This document shows positions 12,094 through 26,304 of a stretch of DNA of 64,000 nt, one piece after another (positions within the stretch are counted from its first letter, which is position 1; every line of letters starts with the position of its first letter). The stretch is taken from assembly GCF_018350175.1 (NCBI RefSeq), contig NC_058369.1, positions 17,052,001-17,116,000 on the forward strand, given 5' to 3'. The notes beneath the pieces were generated by a model, which searched no databases, was not told the DNA's origin, and saw nothing but the letters and a program-made list of their open reading frames with translations. The stretch comes from Felis catus. Taxonomy: Eukaryota. The position numbers and the translations under genes are program-made.

Positions 12094-13658
12094 TTCCAAG
12101 GCATTTATAATAGATTAAAAATATGTAACATTTTAGCTTTCAGTTCTACAAATAAATACTGTATACTGTCATTAGGAAAAAGGGGTTGGAATACGCATGA
12201 GAATTAGCTTAAGAATATGGGCTGTCAGCAAGAGAGCTGCCTGAGGAGAAGACCATGTGGACCCAAGCGAGAAGTACTATTGGTTATCAGGAGTAGTAAC
12301 TAGGGAGTGTCCATGGACAGATGGGGTGCAGGAGGACAGGCCACAGGTACAGGGTGAAGAGAACAGGCATGACCAGATGAGGGGGAAGAAAAATGGGAGA
12401 GAATAGGCGGTAAAGCCTATGTCCCACCGGTTAGCTGGCTTGCAGAGAGTCTCCCTAGGGAGAAGATCTTCTGAAATAAAATAATCTTGTGAGTGGTTGA
12501 GGGTTATCAGGAGGGAGTGTAGCAGGGAGCCAACACGCTAGCCTCATTTTCTAGGAAGGGTGACCTGAAGAGGCTAAAGCCTGGTCCAGTCTGCCTCCTC
12601 CCTGTTTGCCTAACAAGCAGGGAATTCCGAGCTGTAAAAACCAAGAGTCCTCTGGAAGTTCAGCTCTGCAAGAAGAGAACGTGTAATCAAGGAGTAAGAG
12701 GCAGTCTGATAAAAAAGGGATCTAGAAATTCCAGCTACAGGCCCTAGGATTTGTTTTCTCCTAACCATTCCTTCTAGGAAATTTAGGACTTTGCCGAGGT
12801 TAGACACAAGAGGTTGCCAGAAAAGGACCTCTATCTATGTTCTGGTCGAGCCACTAATGGTCTGGATGGCTTGGCTGAAGTCCTGCAGTTATGTAAAAAC
12901 TACGGAATTTAGGTCAAGATCTGCTTTATAAAGAAGCTAAACTGTTACTACAAGAGATTTTGTGTCTCTGAAGGGAAATTTTGGTCCCTGTGTTGCCTAT
13001 CTCACTGGTTTTCTTTTTAAACTAAGCCAGTCCTTCTTTGAGAGCTGACCTTAGTCTCAAGGTATTAACCTCGGAAAGAAAAACTTGCCCCATTTTCCGT
13101 ATCTACAATGGTTACTAACCTTAATTATACTACTTTTTCCAGAGCTTCACTTGTCATTTCAAAACATGGAAGGTAATTAAAAGAAAGTAATTAGAAGGAT
13201 TAAAATAGATTAAGTGATTAAACACACACGTGCACACACACCCCTGAAAGAGAACCCAGCTTAAACTAAAGCTCCAGTGTGGGCTGAACAGGTCCTCTGG
13301 GGTGAGAGAAACGTCCGGACAGAGAGCTACCAACTTGGCTCCCAGAGGGCTGTCTCTGCTCTGCGGCATACGGAGTACAGCTCATGGACACGTTGTGGCT
13401 TCATCATGCAGAAGAAATAAGTACCTCCTTGTTGTGGGTACTTTGCTGTTACTCAATTGGACTAAAGACTGAATTCACTTTTTGGCAATCCGAAACAAAG
13501 TAAATGGCAGTTTTTGAGGAGAGTTCGACAGTACAGAGCAAATTTTAAATGCATGCAGCCAGTGATTGTACATCTGGGAATCTATTCTATAAAACTATGT
13601 ATGTGTGCCTACCAAGGACAGTAATTAAAGTCCTGGTTTTTGTTTGTCTGTCTGTCTT

Positions 13659-13834
13659 AAAGTTTATTTATTTATTTTGAGAGAGAGACAGTATGAGCAG
13701 AGAGAGAATCTCAAGCAGGCACCGTGCCATCAGCACAGAGCCCAATGCAGGGCTTGAACCCACGAACTGTGAGATCATGACCTGGACTGAAATCAAGAGT
13801 TGGGACGCTTAACTGACTGAGCCCCCAGCACCCC
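13659..13834 (-). mobile_element. Can-SINE
   Basis: gagatcatgacctggactgaaatcaagagt...cttaactgactgagcc. Confidence 0.9.
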
Positions 13835-15134
13835 ATAATGTACAACTGTCTGCGATACGCGGAATTAAAAAAAAAAAAAAGCTACAATATTTATTACATA
13901 ATCCCAATTATATTACAAAAAAAACTTTGTGTTCATGTGCACACACTTTATATACACACTGAAAATGTTACAGAGAACACCAAACAAATTAAGTGATTAT
14001 TCCTAGAAATGAAATTGAGGGTAAGAGAGACTTTTTAATTCATTTCTTTCTTTACTGAAAGTTTTTTCATCACAAATATTTTTGTTAAAAAACAAACCAC
14101 TAAAATAAAAAAATAAAAAACCAAAACAGTAAAAGCAGCCAAATTACATGTTACAGATAGCTTGATTTTCTCCTCTCTTTTCCATTTCCTAAGACTATGG
14201 ATAAAGTCCCAACAGCTAGTAAACAGAATGTTAATGAATCTGTCCATTTTCTTTCGTGGCTCCAATCTGGCTGTAGGGAACCCCACACAGTAGCCCTGCT
14301 CTGAAGACACACGCTCCTCCTCCACATTCAAACTCTGCCCTCCTCTCCCCCTTCACTCCTACACTGTGTATGCAGAAAACAGCCAATTCCAAGCGGAATC
14401 TGAACACAGCAGAGCACTCTTCTGCACCCAGACACCAAACACAGACACAGCTGCAAAGTGCAGCAGCCAAAGCTCACACAAAGCTCTTCTCCCAACTTCA
14501 CATGCACACAGCGGGGAGGAGGGGGGGGGGGGGGAGCGTAAAGCCCATCTACACTGCCCAGAACGGCAATATCAGCTGAGACCTAAAACCTCTGACTACT
14601 TGGGCTCAGAACTAAGTAAATAATCATGCCTTCCTTTGAAACGTCTGGGGTCAGTAACCAGACATCCACTAACGAAAAACCAAGTCCAAGACAGACATAT
14701 TCATTCCTTCTTACACCCGTGGAAAAGAGAACTCCACCATTGCATTCTGCTGCCTCCATGTGTGTCTCTGGAGGCGAGACACAAAGGGGCAGCCGGCACT
14801 TCATTATGACAGGTCTTCGGTCCTGCTGCCCTGTGTCTGTCTCTTGTTTTCTGATTCAGAACAAAACCTACACAACTGAGTACAACTCTCTTCATCTCAA
14901 ATAAAACTACCCGTAACATAATGGTGCATGTCTAACAACAGATTCAATTACATGGCCGGCTGTGTAGAGATGCATTAGTCCAAATTTGCAGAAAACAAAG
15001 TTACATACACTTCTCCTGGGGCAGGATAAAATTCACTTTCTGGCTTTTTGTTCTTTCTTCCTTAATTTGTCATCAAGTACAACAAACTTTCCTAAATCTA
15101 CATCTTATGTGTGATGACGTCCTATGAGCAAAAC

Positions 15135-15951
15135 CTTTAACATTTATCCAGAACTTGACCATTTCTCTTTACATTCATGGCCACTGCCTTGCTCTAAGCC
15201 ATCATCATCTCATGTGGATTATTTTAACAATCTCTTCACCAGTCTCCCCTTTTCGAACCTTCCCACTTTGTTAATTTACTCTCCACAACAGAGCAGGTAC
15301 ACTGATCCCTGCTAAACTGTAAGGAAGATCATGCCAGCCCTCTGCATGTATTCCATATTTTTATGGAATGCATAAAATAGGCTCTACAGTTATTCCACAC
15401 TTTAATCAGAGGAAAACGAAAGGCCTCTGGATGGCTTACAGGGATTTCTGTGATTATGTCACCATATCCCTGACTTTATCCTGTCACCTCCTCCTCATTT
15501 ATGCTCTAGCCCACGCACCTACTCCTTAGTTCCAAACATGCTCTTGCCTGAGAGCCTCTGCGCAATATGTAGGCCTTAGCAGCACATGCCTGTCAGTTTC
15601 TGAATAAGGCCTACTCAGATGACACCACTTAAAAGTGAAATCTCTCCTCTTTCCCTGCCTTTTCCCTGCTCACTTTTTGTCACAAATAAACTTAGAAATT
15701 AAGAGAAAAAAAAGTGAAATGTCTACTTTGCCCCTCCCCCATCGCCTCTATCCAGCCTGTAACATACAGCTATATGTATGTATATATACACACACAGCAC
15801 AGAACATCTTCTAACACCCTTCATTAATTATTTCAAACTCTACAAAGGCAAAGAGTTTGGTTGGGTTTTGTTCACCACTGCATCCCCAGTACCATACACA
15901 TGCCTAGAACAAAGTAAGTGCTCAATAAATACCTGTTGAATGAACAAATGA
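15135..15951 (+). mobile_element. L2 (L2a-like) 3' portion
   Basis: gccatcatcatctc motif; 3' end gtgctcaataaatacctgttgaatgaacaaatga. Confidence 0.75.
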
Positions 15952-16869
15952 CCTTAATCCAACACCTATGTGGCAAAAGCCATCAACTCTGGGCAGGAGG
16001 ACTCTTCAGTTTCCTCTGTAATCATGCCCTTCTCTCCACATTCTGGATTTAGGTCTTTTTTATAGCTAAGTCTCTCCTTCACTAGGAAAGTTTCCTTGAT
16101 AATCTCAGCCAACCATGGCCTCCTCCTCTCTGGATTTCCATCCTTGCAATAAGCGGTGTCTCTGTGTCTAGCAAGACAACCTCTAACTTCCTTGAGGACT
16201 GGGTCTGGGATTCCCACAACGTCCCTCTTTTCTGAAGGTATTCAATTTCTGTATCTAGCCAAATGACCTGCAGAAACTCAGAAAGCATTTAGTCCACTAG
16301 ATCCAAATGGGAACCAGGCTTTAGACAGGGCCCATGCTCCCAAGTCTCCCCAGGTGGCCCTAGTCCTCAACAAAGCCCCTGTCTGAAACCTACTCTCCTG
16401 ACTCACGTGTGCTGTTCTCCCGGCATGAAGGCCACTTAGGTGGGCAGACCCTCTGAGTTGTGAACCCAGCACCAGCTCAGCCTCCTCACCTCAACTAGAG
16501 TCAACATTTGTGATCACATCATTTCCTTGACGGACTCTGCACATTTCATAACTGCCTTCCTCCAATATTAGCATTCATGAGACAGCTGTAACAATATCTA
16601 CCGAACTCTAATTATAGCTATATGCATAGTTTCTATAAAAGATGTACAACTTTTGTATCCTTGTCCTTAATTAGTAAATACTTAAAGACTCAAGAGCACT
16701 GATTTTAAGTCATTAGAGAAAAAAAGTTCCTATCTGATTCTTAAAGTCTAAGAACAGATTTTTGAAATCCATTGCTATATAAAAAAACCACATGTTTAAT
16801 GAAAACAAAGTACATCCTGGGACTACCGCTTATAGAGAAAGATGAGCAGAAATGCATCTTAAAGTGACA

Positions 16870-17520
16870 CGATGCAATGTGGTACGGAGAGGAGCACCAG
16901 GCGGTGAGCTCAAGGCTCTGGTCCTAGCTGACCTGGACCTTCCAGTGTCAACTGTCTTGAGCCATAATAGAGAGATGATAAAACCTTGCATACCTCAGAG
17001 TCTTTTGGTTAAAATGAGATGAGAATAACTCTTTTCCTTATAAATATAAAGTGCTAGATGAAAACACAGAACTGAACAAACACAGGTTTGACACTTGGCT
17101 CTGTCATTACGAACTGTGTTTGGAGGAACATAATATCCCCTACGCCCAAGTCTCTTGGTCTGTAAGAAGAGTTATCAAAAATTGGCCTTACGTTCCCATC
17201 TAGCATTACTGGTGGATTCTTGTCCAAGGAGATTCAAATCAATCAGTATTTTCTGCTAATGGCTTCCTCATACAGTTTTTGAGAGATTAAATGAGAAAAT
17301 CTATATAAAGTGGTTTAGCACAGTGACTTGTCAAATATGTGTTTAGAAAGCTAACAAAGGCTTACAAATATTTGGATCTAATATACAGTAACTGGGTACT
17401 GGTGTACCTAAAGAAAAGGAGGTACATCAACATTTACTGAACACCTACTGCGTGCTCAGACACTGCACCAGACACATGCCACACTCCTCTCATCTGATGC
17501 TCGCAACAGTCCTGTGTGGA
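16870..17520. mobile_element. Cluster of MIR fragments (two +, one -)
   Basis: gattaaatgagaaaat...tttagcacagtg and aacatttactgaacacctactgcgtgc motifs. Confidence 0.55.
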
Positions 17521-17660
17521 AATCACAGGTAGAAAAGTAGCCATGGCTTTGTTTGCCCACAGGGAAGGACAGGATAGCAGTGCTTGCTGTAGAAGAGGTT
17601 GTCTTCACTGTGCATGACATGAATGGGAGACATTTTGAATTTCATTGGACTCCCTGGTTC

Positions 17661-18136
17661 TGAGATGAGCCTCCAAGTTGGCCTCAACATTCCTACTTCC
17701 TAGTGTTTATACCTCCCCCCGTCCCGAACCCTGTCTACCCCCCAACCAGAGTTGGTATGTGTAACAGAGAGAACACAGCAGAAGCGAAGGGATGGGACTT
17801 CCATGTTTAGGTTACAAAAGACAGTGTGGCTTCCATTCTGGGTGCTCTTTCATGTTCTTGCTCTTTGTAGTCACTTACTCTGGGGAAGCTCCTTCATGAA
17901 TAGAAAAGTACACGTGGCAGGAGCTGAAGTTCTTGCCAACAACCATGGGAGTCAGTTGGGAAGTGTGAGCTCTGGCCCTGCGGAAACTTAGGAAGTCCAC
18001 AACCTCATAGGTCCCAGCCTGAGCTATCCAGCCAAGCTGCCTACCTCCCAACTCTCAGAAACCACGTTAAGACTTGGTTTTCTGTTTTCAGTCACTAAGC
18101 TCTGGGGTCATTTTCCACACAGCAATAAATAACACA
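17661..18136 (+). mobile_element. MaLR MLT1-family solo LTR, apparently splitting a MER20-like element
   Basis: 3' end tgttttcagtcactaagctctggggtcattttccacacagcaataaataacaca; internal ttaggttacaaaagac and ccagccaagctgcc. Confidence 0.75.
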
Positions 18137-19079
18137 GCTGTGTTACTGACACTGAGTGGCAAGGAGTAGGGACTGTCCCACACTAAGAATTTTCCTGCTC
18201 CAAATGCTGATTGAGAGAAGGCAGGACAACCACAAAGATTTTCAGCACAACAACCTTGTGTGGTGGAGAGAGTCAGCAGAAATGCAGTCCCAACGTTTTC
18301 AGTTCTGTTGTTTTATTCAGAGACTAGCCTAAAATGTTTTATGTGCTCTGATTAGAATTTAATAGCAAAGACAAGACTCAAGTAAGAAAAATACAGTGCA
18401 ATGTAATTTGAGACAATAATTATTACAAATCCACAGACAAGGGAAGTTCTGAAGGTCCAAGAGAAGTGCAGCCATTATAGTGGGCCAGTGGGTGTCTGAG
18501 AATCAGTGGCGAGAACTGGAAAGGGGCAGAGGGCAGTTCTAATCTAGGTGACAATTTCACTGGGGGTTTAAAAGAGTGGGGGATCCCCAGGTACAACCTC
18601 TGAAAGCAAGTGACTTAGAGCTGAGAAAAGAGCACCCTGACAATCTGGACAATGTTCTGTAAGTGCCCAGTCATGCCAATCTTCCAGGCTGATACATCAG
18701 TTCTGTTTTATGAAGGACAGAAAGGCATCTGGTTGTCAGTGGGAACGACCCAATCATCATGTAGATCCTGTATGTGCCAATAATCCACTATGTTATAACC
18801 CCCTGTTACCCTAAGGCCACTAAAAAAAAATCCATAAATGACAAAAAGACAGCTTATGAGGGTAAGATAAACACAAACAGTCATGCCTCACAGCTCCAGC
18901 TCACCTCAGAGAAGTATTCTCTGCCACCCTCTTGCTCTCCCCATGTTCCAGGTCTGCCTCCTCTCTGCCCTCACTGGGGCACTGAACACACTGTATCATC
19001 ATTGGTTTTCTTGAGTTCCTCCCCCATTAAACCAAAGGGCAGACTTTCCACTTCTCCAGCTTCCAACACTGATGCTGGT

Positions 19080-19480
19080 GTACATTCATTCAATATTTGC
19101 TGACACCAGGGCCTATGATGTGCCAGCTCTGTGTTTACCAAGACACTCGATCAATTCTCTCAAAGGGCATATACTCTGGAATGCGAGACGGACACACGAA
19201 TCAGCAACTACCACACAGTGTAAGTGCTCTATCAGGCTGCCACGACAGCAGATGGGGTGGGCAAGTCACCCATAGGGGCAGCGCTGAGGGATGCAGAAGT
19301 GGGGATCAGGGCCTTGCTGGCAGAGGAGCACAATGCACACGGGGGCACAGAGAACAAGGCCATGAGGGCAGCCTGCATGTGGTGTGGTGTGGCTAGTATA
19401 CAGAGGGTGACAGAGATGAGACCAGGGTGGCCAGCAGCTCCTAGGGAAGGAGAGGGCCGATGATGTGAGATGCTTACGGG
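19080..19480 (-). mobile_element. L2 fragment
   Basis: cattcattcaatatttgctga...ctatgatgtgccag (reverse L2 3' end). Confidence 0.5.
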
Positions 19481-19702
19481 TGAGGAAACTGGGGGTGGGT
19501 ATGGGAGGGGGTGGGTAAGAGAATTCCCGAAGCAGCCTCTCCATCCTTCAGGGTCAGAAAACCTGCTGATCTCAGGACAAAATGAAAATGGTCTGTTTTG
19601 TAATAGTTACTGGAATGAGGAATTTGCCAGAGGATGCGACTAGGCTGACCACTAAGAAATAGCTAAATAAACACAAACAGGTCCTTAAAATTAAAACTCT
19701 TA

Positions 19703-19928
19703 GGGTAACTGGGTGGCCTAGTTGGTTAAGCATCCAACTCTTCGACTTGGCTCAGGTCATGGTCTCACGGTTCAAGGGATTGATCTCCATGTCGGGCTCT
19801 ACACTGGCAGTGTGGAGCCTGCTTGGGATTCTCTCTCCCTCTCTGCCTCTCCCTTTCTCTCTGCCTCTCCCCTGCTTGTGCTCTCTCAAAAGAAATATAC
19901 ATTAAAACAAACAAACAAACAAACAAAA
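19703..19928 (+). mobile_element. Can-SINE
   Basis: SINE head and body; (AAAC)n tail. Confidence 0.92.
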
Positions 19929-20022
19929 GCCACCAAAATTCTTCTGGGATAATTTAATCTTAAGGTTAAATTATCTACCATTTAGAGATACCAGTATCTC
20001 ATATATAAAGAAGTCAAAAACA

Positions 20023-20219
20023 GGGTGCCTGGGTAGCCAAGTTGGTGAAGCGTTCGACTCAATTTCAGCTCAGGTCATGATCTCACACTTTCTAAATTCG
20101 AGCCCTACATGGGGCTCTGTGCTGACAGAGCGGATCCTGTTTGGGATTCTTCCCCTCTCTCTGCCTTTCCCCTGCTTGGACTCAAAATAAAGAAATAAAA
20201 ACTGGAAAACAAAAAAAAA
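20023..20219 (+). mobile_element. Can-SINE
   Basis: SINE head, body and tail; TSD aagtcaaaa. Confidence 0.9.
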
Positions 20220-20943
20220 GTCAAAATAATCAGAACAAGTCCTAGCTAAATCCACTGCTTAGAAAGTTACCAATTCCTCCTCTGGTCAATTCATTAAAAT
20301 AAATTTCTCTGTAATTTTGAATAATTAACTGTTCCACTGTTTGTACGTTTCTTTTTGTTGCTTCCTTCTTCATTTTTGGCCTTTTTCATCATTCTCTTGA
20401 TCCTGTTTGGGCCACATCCTTCTATCAGAAGTGTCTGTCCCCATACATACTACTGAGGCGCTCAGCAAGGCCCACCTGACCTCCACCATGCAGGGGAGGG
20501 AGGAACACTGAAAGTCCAAGGTTGGATCAGGGGAGGGTTTGGTTAAAAGATATCACAGAAAAAAGGCTCCTCACTCAAGATGAGATTAACTCCTACTTTC
20601 TGGTATTTGTATTGAAGAAGACATGAAATCAAGAAAATTCTTGAATCAGACAAGGGAGCTACATGACTTCTACTTTATTGGTAACAAGTAGGGAGTGAGT
20701 CTAAGATGTAACTTCTATAGACGAAAGAATTGATACCATCGTGCACCTGGGAAAGTGGAGAGGTGTAAAAGCTGAGGTGTAAATCATTAGTTTTAGAATG
20801 AGAAAAGAGTGCTTTTTGTTTATCATCAAAGGCTGATAATCCCTTTGAAAGGGCAAAGTAAACACATAAACAAGGACCAATGGAGTAGGTTACTATTCAT
20901 TTTATCTAACTTGTAGTTTAGGAAAGGTGGTCATTATTTGTCA

Positions 20944-21108
<165 letters not shown>

Positions 21109-22327
21109 CTAAGTGTAAAAGATCATTCAAATTAGGTAGGTAAACATTTGCTTAAAATACAGAAACAAAATGCTCACGTTGATATTCAAAGTAGGGATTA
21201 TATAATTAAGAACAATGACCGATGCCCCCTTTCTATGTTTCTACCAAACATTTACTTCAATTTAAAATAAATATTGCTGAATTTCTGGTCCTTATAGGTA
21301 TAAATAACCCTGTTAAAGGGTTAAAAAAACAAAAAAAAAAAAAACCCAAAACCCTCCCTCCCACGGTAAACTACTCCCCTCAAAAAGAGCCCACTACAAA
21401 GGGGAAGTGTAATCAGAACACTGATGGGCAAAGAGGAGGACACAAGCAGCCTGGGGTACACTTCCCATCTACTACCCACCTACCTCGCACCCTCACCCTT
21501 TTACTCTATGCCTCCCCTCACTATCCTTCCCCCTTTATGAACTGTCCAGGGACAGCTAAACAGTGGATTCTCTTAGCACCCAACACTCAGACACAAAGCT
21601 TCTGGCTTCTCTCTAGTGAGTGGAACCACGTGTGGAAAGGAGAGGGTGAACAATATTCCACCCCTATGTTTGCAGATAGGATCCAGAGCAAGAGGAACAA
21701 ATATAGTACAGAACAAGAAGTTACACTGGAAGAATGTGCTACTCACCCGCTACAGGATGGATGATGAGCCCTATTCATTCACACTTCCTGCCTACTCAGC
21801 AGCACACAGAGGAAGGCACCACGTTACACCGAGAAGATGAGGGTCCCATATTTGGTCCTGACTACCTGTATCTGGGAATGGGTCAATCCCACCTAATCCA
21901 GACACCATCTAAGAGCTTACACTAACAAACCCCCAATAGCATTTTGCATTCACTTTCATTACATCTGTTGAATTTATGTGCTCATCTTGCTTCTACATGA
22001 GTGAGAAGTAACACAAGGTGGCTGTCCTAATCTCTGTTTCTTACAGAATCTAGAAGGAGCTAACATGCAGGAGGTATGTAACATACGCTTTTGGGAGCTA
22101 AATTAACAGACACTTAAATGAGAATCTTATTTTTCACTCTCTTATAGTTAGAAAAGAGAAATGCAATTTTATACCATAGAGATCCATTAATAGAAAGAGG
22201 CAATGTATAAGCAAAAGGTGATCATAAGCAGATTTTATGAATAATCCACGGCTGTTCATGATACATCTGCCTCCCTAACCACTCTGAACTACATCAGTAA
22301 CAAGTTTAAATAAAGATCACATGATTT

Positions 22328-22529
22328 GGGGAGCCTGGGTGGCTCAGTTAAGTGTCCAACTCTTGATTTTGGCTCAGGTCATGATCTTGTAGTTCTTGAG
22401 TTCGAGCCCCGCATTGGGCTCTGTGCTGACAGCACAGAGCCTGGAGCCTGCTTTAGATTCTGTGCTTCCCCCACCCCCTTCCTCTGCACACACTCTGTCT
22501 CTCTCTCTCAAAAATAAATTAAAAAAAAA
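22328..22529 (+). mobile_element. Can-SINE
   Basis: SINE head, body and tail. Confidence 0.92.
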
Positions 22530-22534
22530 TTTAA

Positions 22535-22785
22535 TTCCAGAAGAAAAAAACAGAAGTAAACCTAAATGATTTTGGGTTAAGTGAAAGATTTCTTAGATGT
22601 GACACCAAAAGCAAAAATGTTAAAAGGGAAGATTGAAAACTTGAAGTTCATCAAAATCAAAAACATCTCTGCTTCAAAGGACACCATCAAGAAGGTGAAA
22701 ACACAGCTCACAGACTGTGAGGAAGTATTTGCAAATCATATGTGTGATGAAAGAGTTGTGTCCAGCGTGTATGAAGAACTCTTAG
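22535..22785 (+). mobile_element. Old L1 ORF2 fragment
   Basis: ORF 22581..22877 (DFLDVTPKA..IKIKNISASKDTIKKVK..FANH) is L1 ORF2-like. Confidence 0.85.
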
Positions 22786-23147
22786 ACTTCATGCCTATGG
22801 ATGAAGTGATGCTGGTAGGAATGTGTGGGACTTCAAATACAAGCTGGTCACCATCTCAGACACTCGGCAAATTTTGAAGATGCAGAGGATGGGAAGCTAA
22901 GGAGTTAGGTTCAAGGAAGAAAAGAAATTCCTGAAAACTCCCATTCGGTGTGATCAAGATTATTTCAAAATCTCAACTGTAAGTTCTGGAAAGTCACACC
23001 CAAGGATCAGGGGTGGTCCTGGAGGAGAATGACCAAAGTGTCATCTAGCTTCAACTCAATCCCTGCCTCAATCAGTTTGGTTATCACCTGGGGCATCTGG
23101 ATCTTATATATATATTTCTCCTTGTCATTTTACACGGAGAATCTGAA

Positions 23148-23340
23148 TTTAATGTTTGCTTATTTTGAAAGAGAGTGTGCACCAGCAGGGGAGGGGCAGA
23201 GAGAGAGACACAATCCCAAGCAGGCTCTGCACTATCAGTGCAGAGCTCAACATGGGGCTCAATCCCACGAACCATGAGATCAAGACTTGAGCCGAAATCA
23301 AGAGTTGGACACTGAACTGACTGAGCCACCCAAGCATCCC
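23148..23340 (-). mobile_element. Can-SINE
   Basis: Reverse SINE; degenerate TSD ggaNaatctNaattt. Confidence 0.92.
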
Positions 23341-23611
23341 TGGACAATCTAAATTTTTATACATATGTGGCATTCAATCAAAAAAGCAGATCCACAAATG
23401 GCGCAGGCACTGGACTTATTAGCAGGGGACAACATTAAAGTAAGTTAAGATCACTATTTTTAAGAAAATGTAGGAAAATATGGATAAAAAGAGAATTTCA
23501 ATACATTTAGACTTTGTATAAGAATCAATATGCACCTGACTGACATTATGACTAAAATATATACTAACCGAAAATAACAACTCAAAGATCAGGCTTAAAA
23601 GGGTAAGGCTT

Positions 23612-23922
23612 GGGGCGCCTGGGTGGCTCAGTCAGTTAAGTGTCCAACTCTTGATTTCAGCTCAAATCACTATCTCGTGGTTCGTGAGATCTAGCCCTGT
23701 GTCAGGCTCCGTGCTGAAAGAGCAGAGTCTGCTTGGGATTCTCTCTCTTCTCTCTCTGCCTCATCCTGGCAGCACACATACAAGTGCGCGCATGCGCACT
23801 CTTTCTCTCGCTCAAATACATGTTATATATATATATTATATATGTTATACATACATAAAAATTATATATAATTTGTATGTATATATAATATATATATAAA
23901 TTATACATATTTATTTATATTT
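23612..23922 (+). mobile_element. Can-SINE with (TA)n low-complexity tail
   Basis: SINE body to ~23818, then an AT-rich expansion. Confidence 0.9.
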
Positions 23923-23932
23923 TAAAAAGGGG

Positions 23933-24130
23933 GGAGTGCACCTGGGTGGCTCAGTCGGTTAAACGTCTGACTTGATTTTGGCACAGGTCCTGGTCTCACA
24001 GTTCGAGAGATTGAGCCCCGTATTGGGCTCTGCACTGACAATATGGAGCCTGCTTTGGATTCTGTCTCCCTCTCTCTCTGACCTTCCCCCACTTGTACTC
24101 TCTCAAAAATAAACAAACATTTTTTAAAAA
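23933..24130 (+). mobile_element. Can-SINE
   Basis: SINE head, body and tail. Confidence 0.92.
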
Positions 24131-24413
24131 TGCAGAATCCGTGAAGCACAATAAAACGAAGTATTCTGTAACCATGGCCTGGAAATTACCCTACCCTTTT
24201 GTGACTATTTCCTCATTTGTGACACTGGAAAACTGCACCCACAACAGGGTAGGAGGGAGGACACACACAATGTATGCAGAACAGTGCCTGGAGTATGTTT
24301 GAGGAACAGTATGAGTGGGTGTCTCATACTTGTGAGCTGTAACACTGCTGATGACCTGGGAACCTAATTTGTTGGGAGACTCTCCTCTACCTGCACCAAC
24401 CACTTTCAACATC

Positions 24414-24635
24414 TTTTTTTTTTTTTTTTTTAATGTTTTATTTATTTCTGAGACAGAGAGAGACAGAGCACGAGCAAGGGAGGGGCAGAGAGAGAGGGAG
24501 ACACAGAATCCGAAGCAGGCTTCAGGCTATGAGCTGTCAGCACAGAGCCCGACGCGGGGCTCTAACGCACGAACCGTGAGATCATGACCTGAGCCGAAGC
24601 TGGATGCTTAACCAACTGAGACACCCAGGTGCCCC
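24414..24635 (-). mobile_element. Can-SINE
   Basis: Reverse SINE with poly-T; TSD tcaacat. Confidence 0.93.
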
Positions 24636-25127
24636 TCAACATGTCTTTTAAGACTCAGCATTAGGAATCACTTCCTCTGGGCAGCTTCTTGGCTCCCACA
24701 GTCATAATGACAATACTCACTGAACTGCACTTTATTTAGTCACTTGATGTTCACTACCAGGGCCTAGGCTCGAGGATGCCCCACATTTTGCAGGGTTGGC
24801 AATTTTAAAGGAGGAAACAAGGATATGAGGTGGAAAGTGAACAGAGAAAAGAGGCAGCCTTTATCAAAAGCCTAGAATTCACCTGTGCTCAAGGTTAGAA
24901 AAACCACTAGAAATCTCTGCAAGTAAATGTGGGCACTTTGGAATGAAGGATGAAAAAAACCATGGCCCGCAAACTAAAGAAAAAATTTTGAGTAAAAAAC
25001 TCAGGAAAAGAAACAAAAACTTCAGTCTCTAATCTTTATGGCAGTTTATTTACTATTAAAGACTTATAGAATTATTACACTGACCTGTAGTTAAAGAAAA
25101 AAATGTTTTTTAACTTTTCAAAAAAAT

Positions 25128-25172
25128 GTTTGCTTACGTATTTTGAGAGAAAGAGGCAAAGAGCAGAGGAGG

Positions 25173-25253
<81 letters not shown>

Positions 25254-25383
25254 TGAATCCCAAGCAGGCTCCACACTGTCAGTGCAGAGCCCAATGTGGG
25301 GCTCAAATTTATGAACTGTGAGATCATGACCTGAGCCAAAATCAAGACCCGACACTTAACCAACTGAGCCACCTAGGCGCCCC
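25128..25383 (-). mobile_element. Can-SINE with expanded (GA)n microsatellite (~25176-25246)
   Basis: Reverse SINE. Confidence 0.93.
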
Positions 25384-25799
25384 TAAAGAAAAAATTTTAA
25401 TAAGTTATCAAAATTACCCCATTACAAGTATAAGCATTATTCACTGATAAGGTTGATAACATCTGGGTTTTGAGTAGAAATAGGAGAAAAGAACTAATGT
25501 TGCACATTAAATTTAGTTTTTTTCACATTTCAGGTCTTAATAATAATATTTACATACAAGTTCTGATTTTCTTTATATGATTGTTAAAACCAAATGACTA
25601 CATCTTCTACTTTGCTCTAGCTCACAATTCTTATTTGTGAGAGAAGAAATCAACAGATTTCTCTGAAAGAAGTGGCCTGGTCCTTTGTACCATCTCACTT
25701 CCTGAATTTTGCTGAGTGGATCCTACTGAATGTGTTAACATGTCATTTCTCGATCTTCTGCATTTCTTGATCTAGGGGTTAGAGCCTCTTTTAAAAAAA

Positions 25800-25992
25800 T
25801 ATTTATTTATTTAGGGAGTGGGTGAGCAAGCGGGGGAGAGGAGCAGACAGGGGGAGGGGGGAGAGAGAATCTCAAGCAGGCTCCATACTCAGCGCAGAGC
25901 CCGATGCAGGGCTCGATCCCATAACCCTGGGATCATGACCTGAGCCGAAATCAAGAGTTGGATGCTCAATCAACTTAGCCACCCAGGTGCCC
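25800..25992 (-). mobile_element. Can-SINE
   Basis: Reverse SINE; TSD gagcctc. Confidence 0.9.
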
Positions 25993-26304
25993 TGAGCCTC
26001 CTTTTTGACTTAACTTCCATGACTATTCTTATTGTTACTGGTACAAGATTCATTTGCACCTGAGAGACAAGAAGGTAGTATGTTTCACAGAACAGCATAT
26101 GTCCTGCCATCAAGACTCTAAATTTTGCTACTTTATGGATTTGGTGACATACATGCATCGAATCAATCCAGTAGAAGTCACAAAGGCTTAGGAGCCAATT
26201 CTTCAGGAAATTACAAAGCCTTCGCAGAGGCTTGAAGTGGCTGAATAAATGTTACCAAACACTGGACAAAAGTGATAAAGGGATCCAAATACTACTCATG
26301 TCTG

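Noticed and set aside
13330..13410. ATGATGA C-box on the host strand (possible intronic C/D snoRNA)
   Set aside because: No CTGA D-box or terminal stem at a suitable distance
21222..21764. 180-aa + strand ORF
   Set aside because: Antisense to SMARCC1, runs through a poly-A tract, and has no recognisable domain; likely chance
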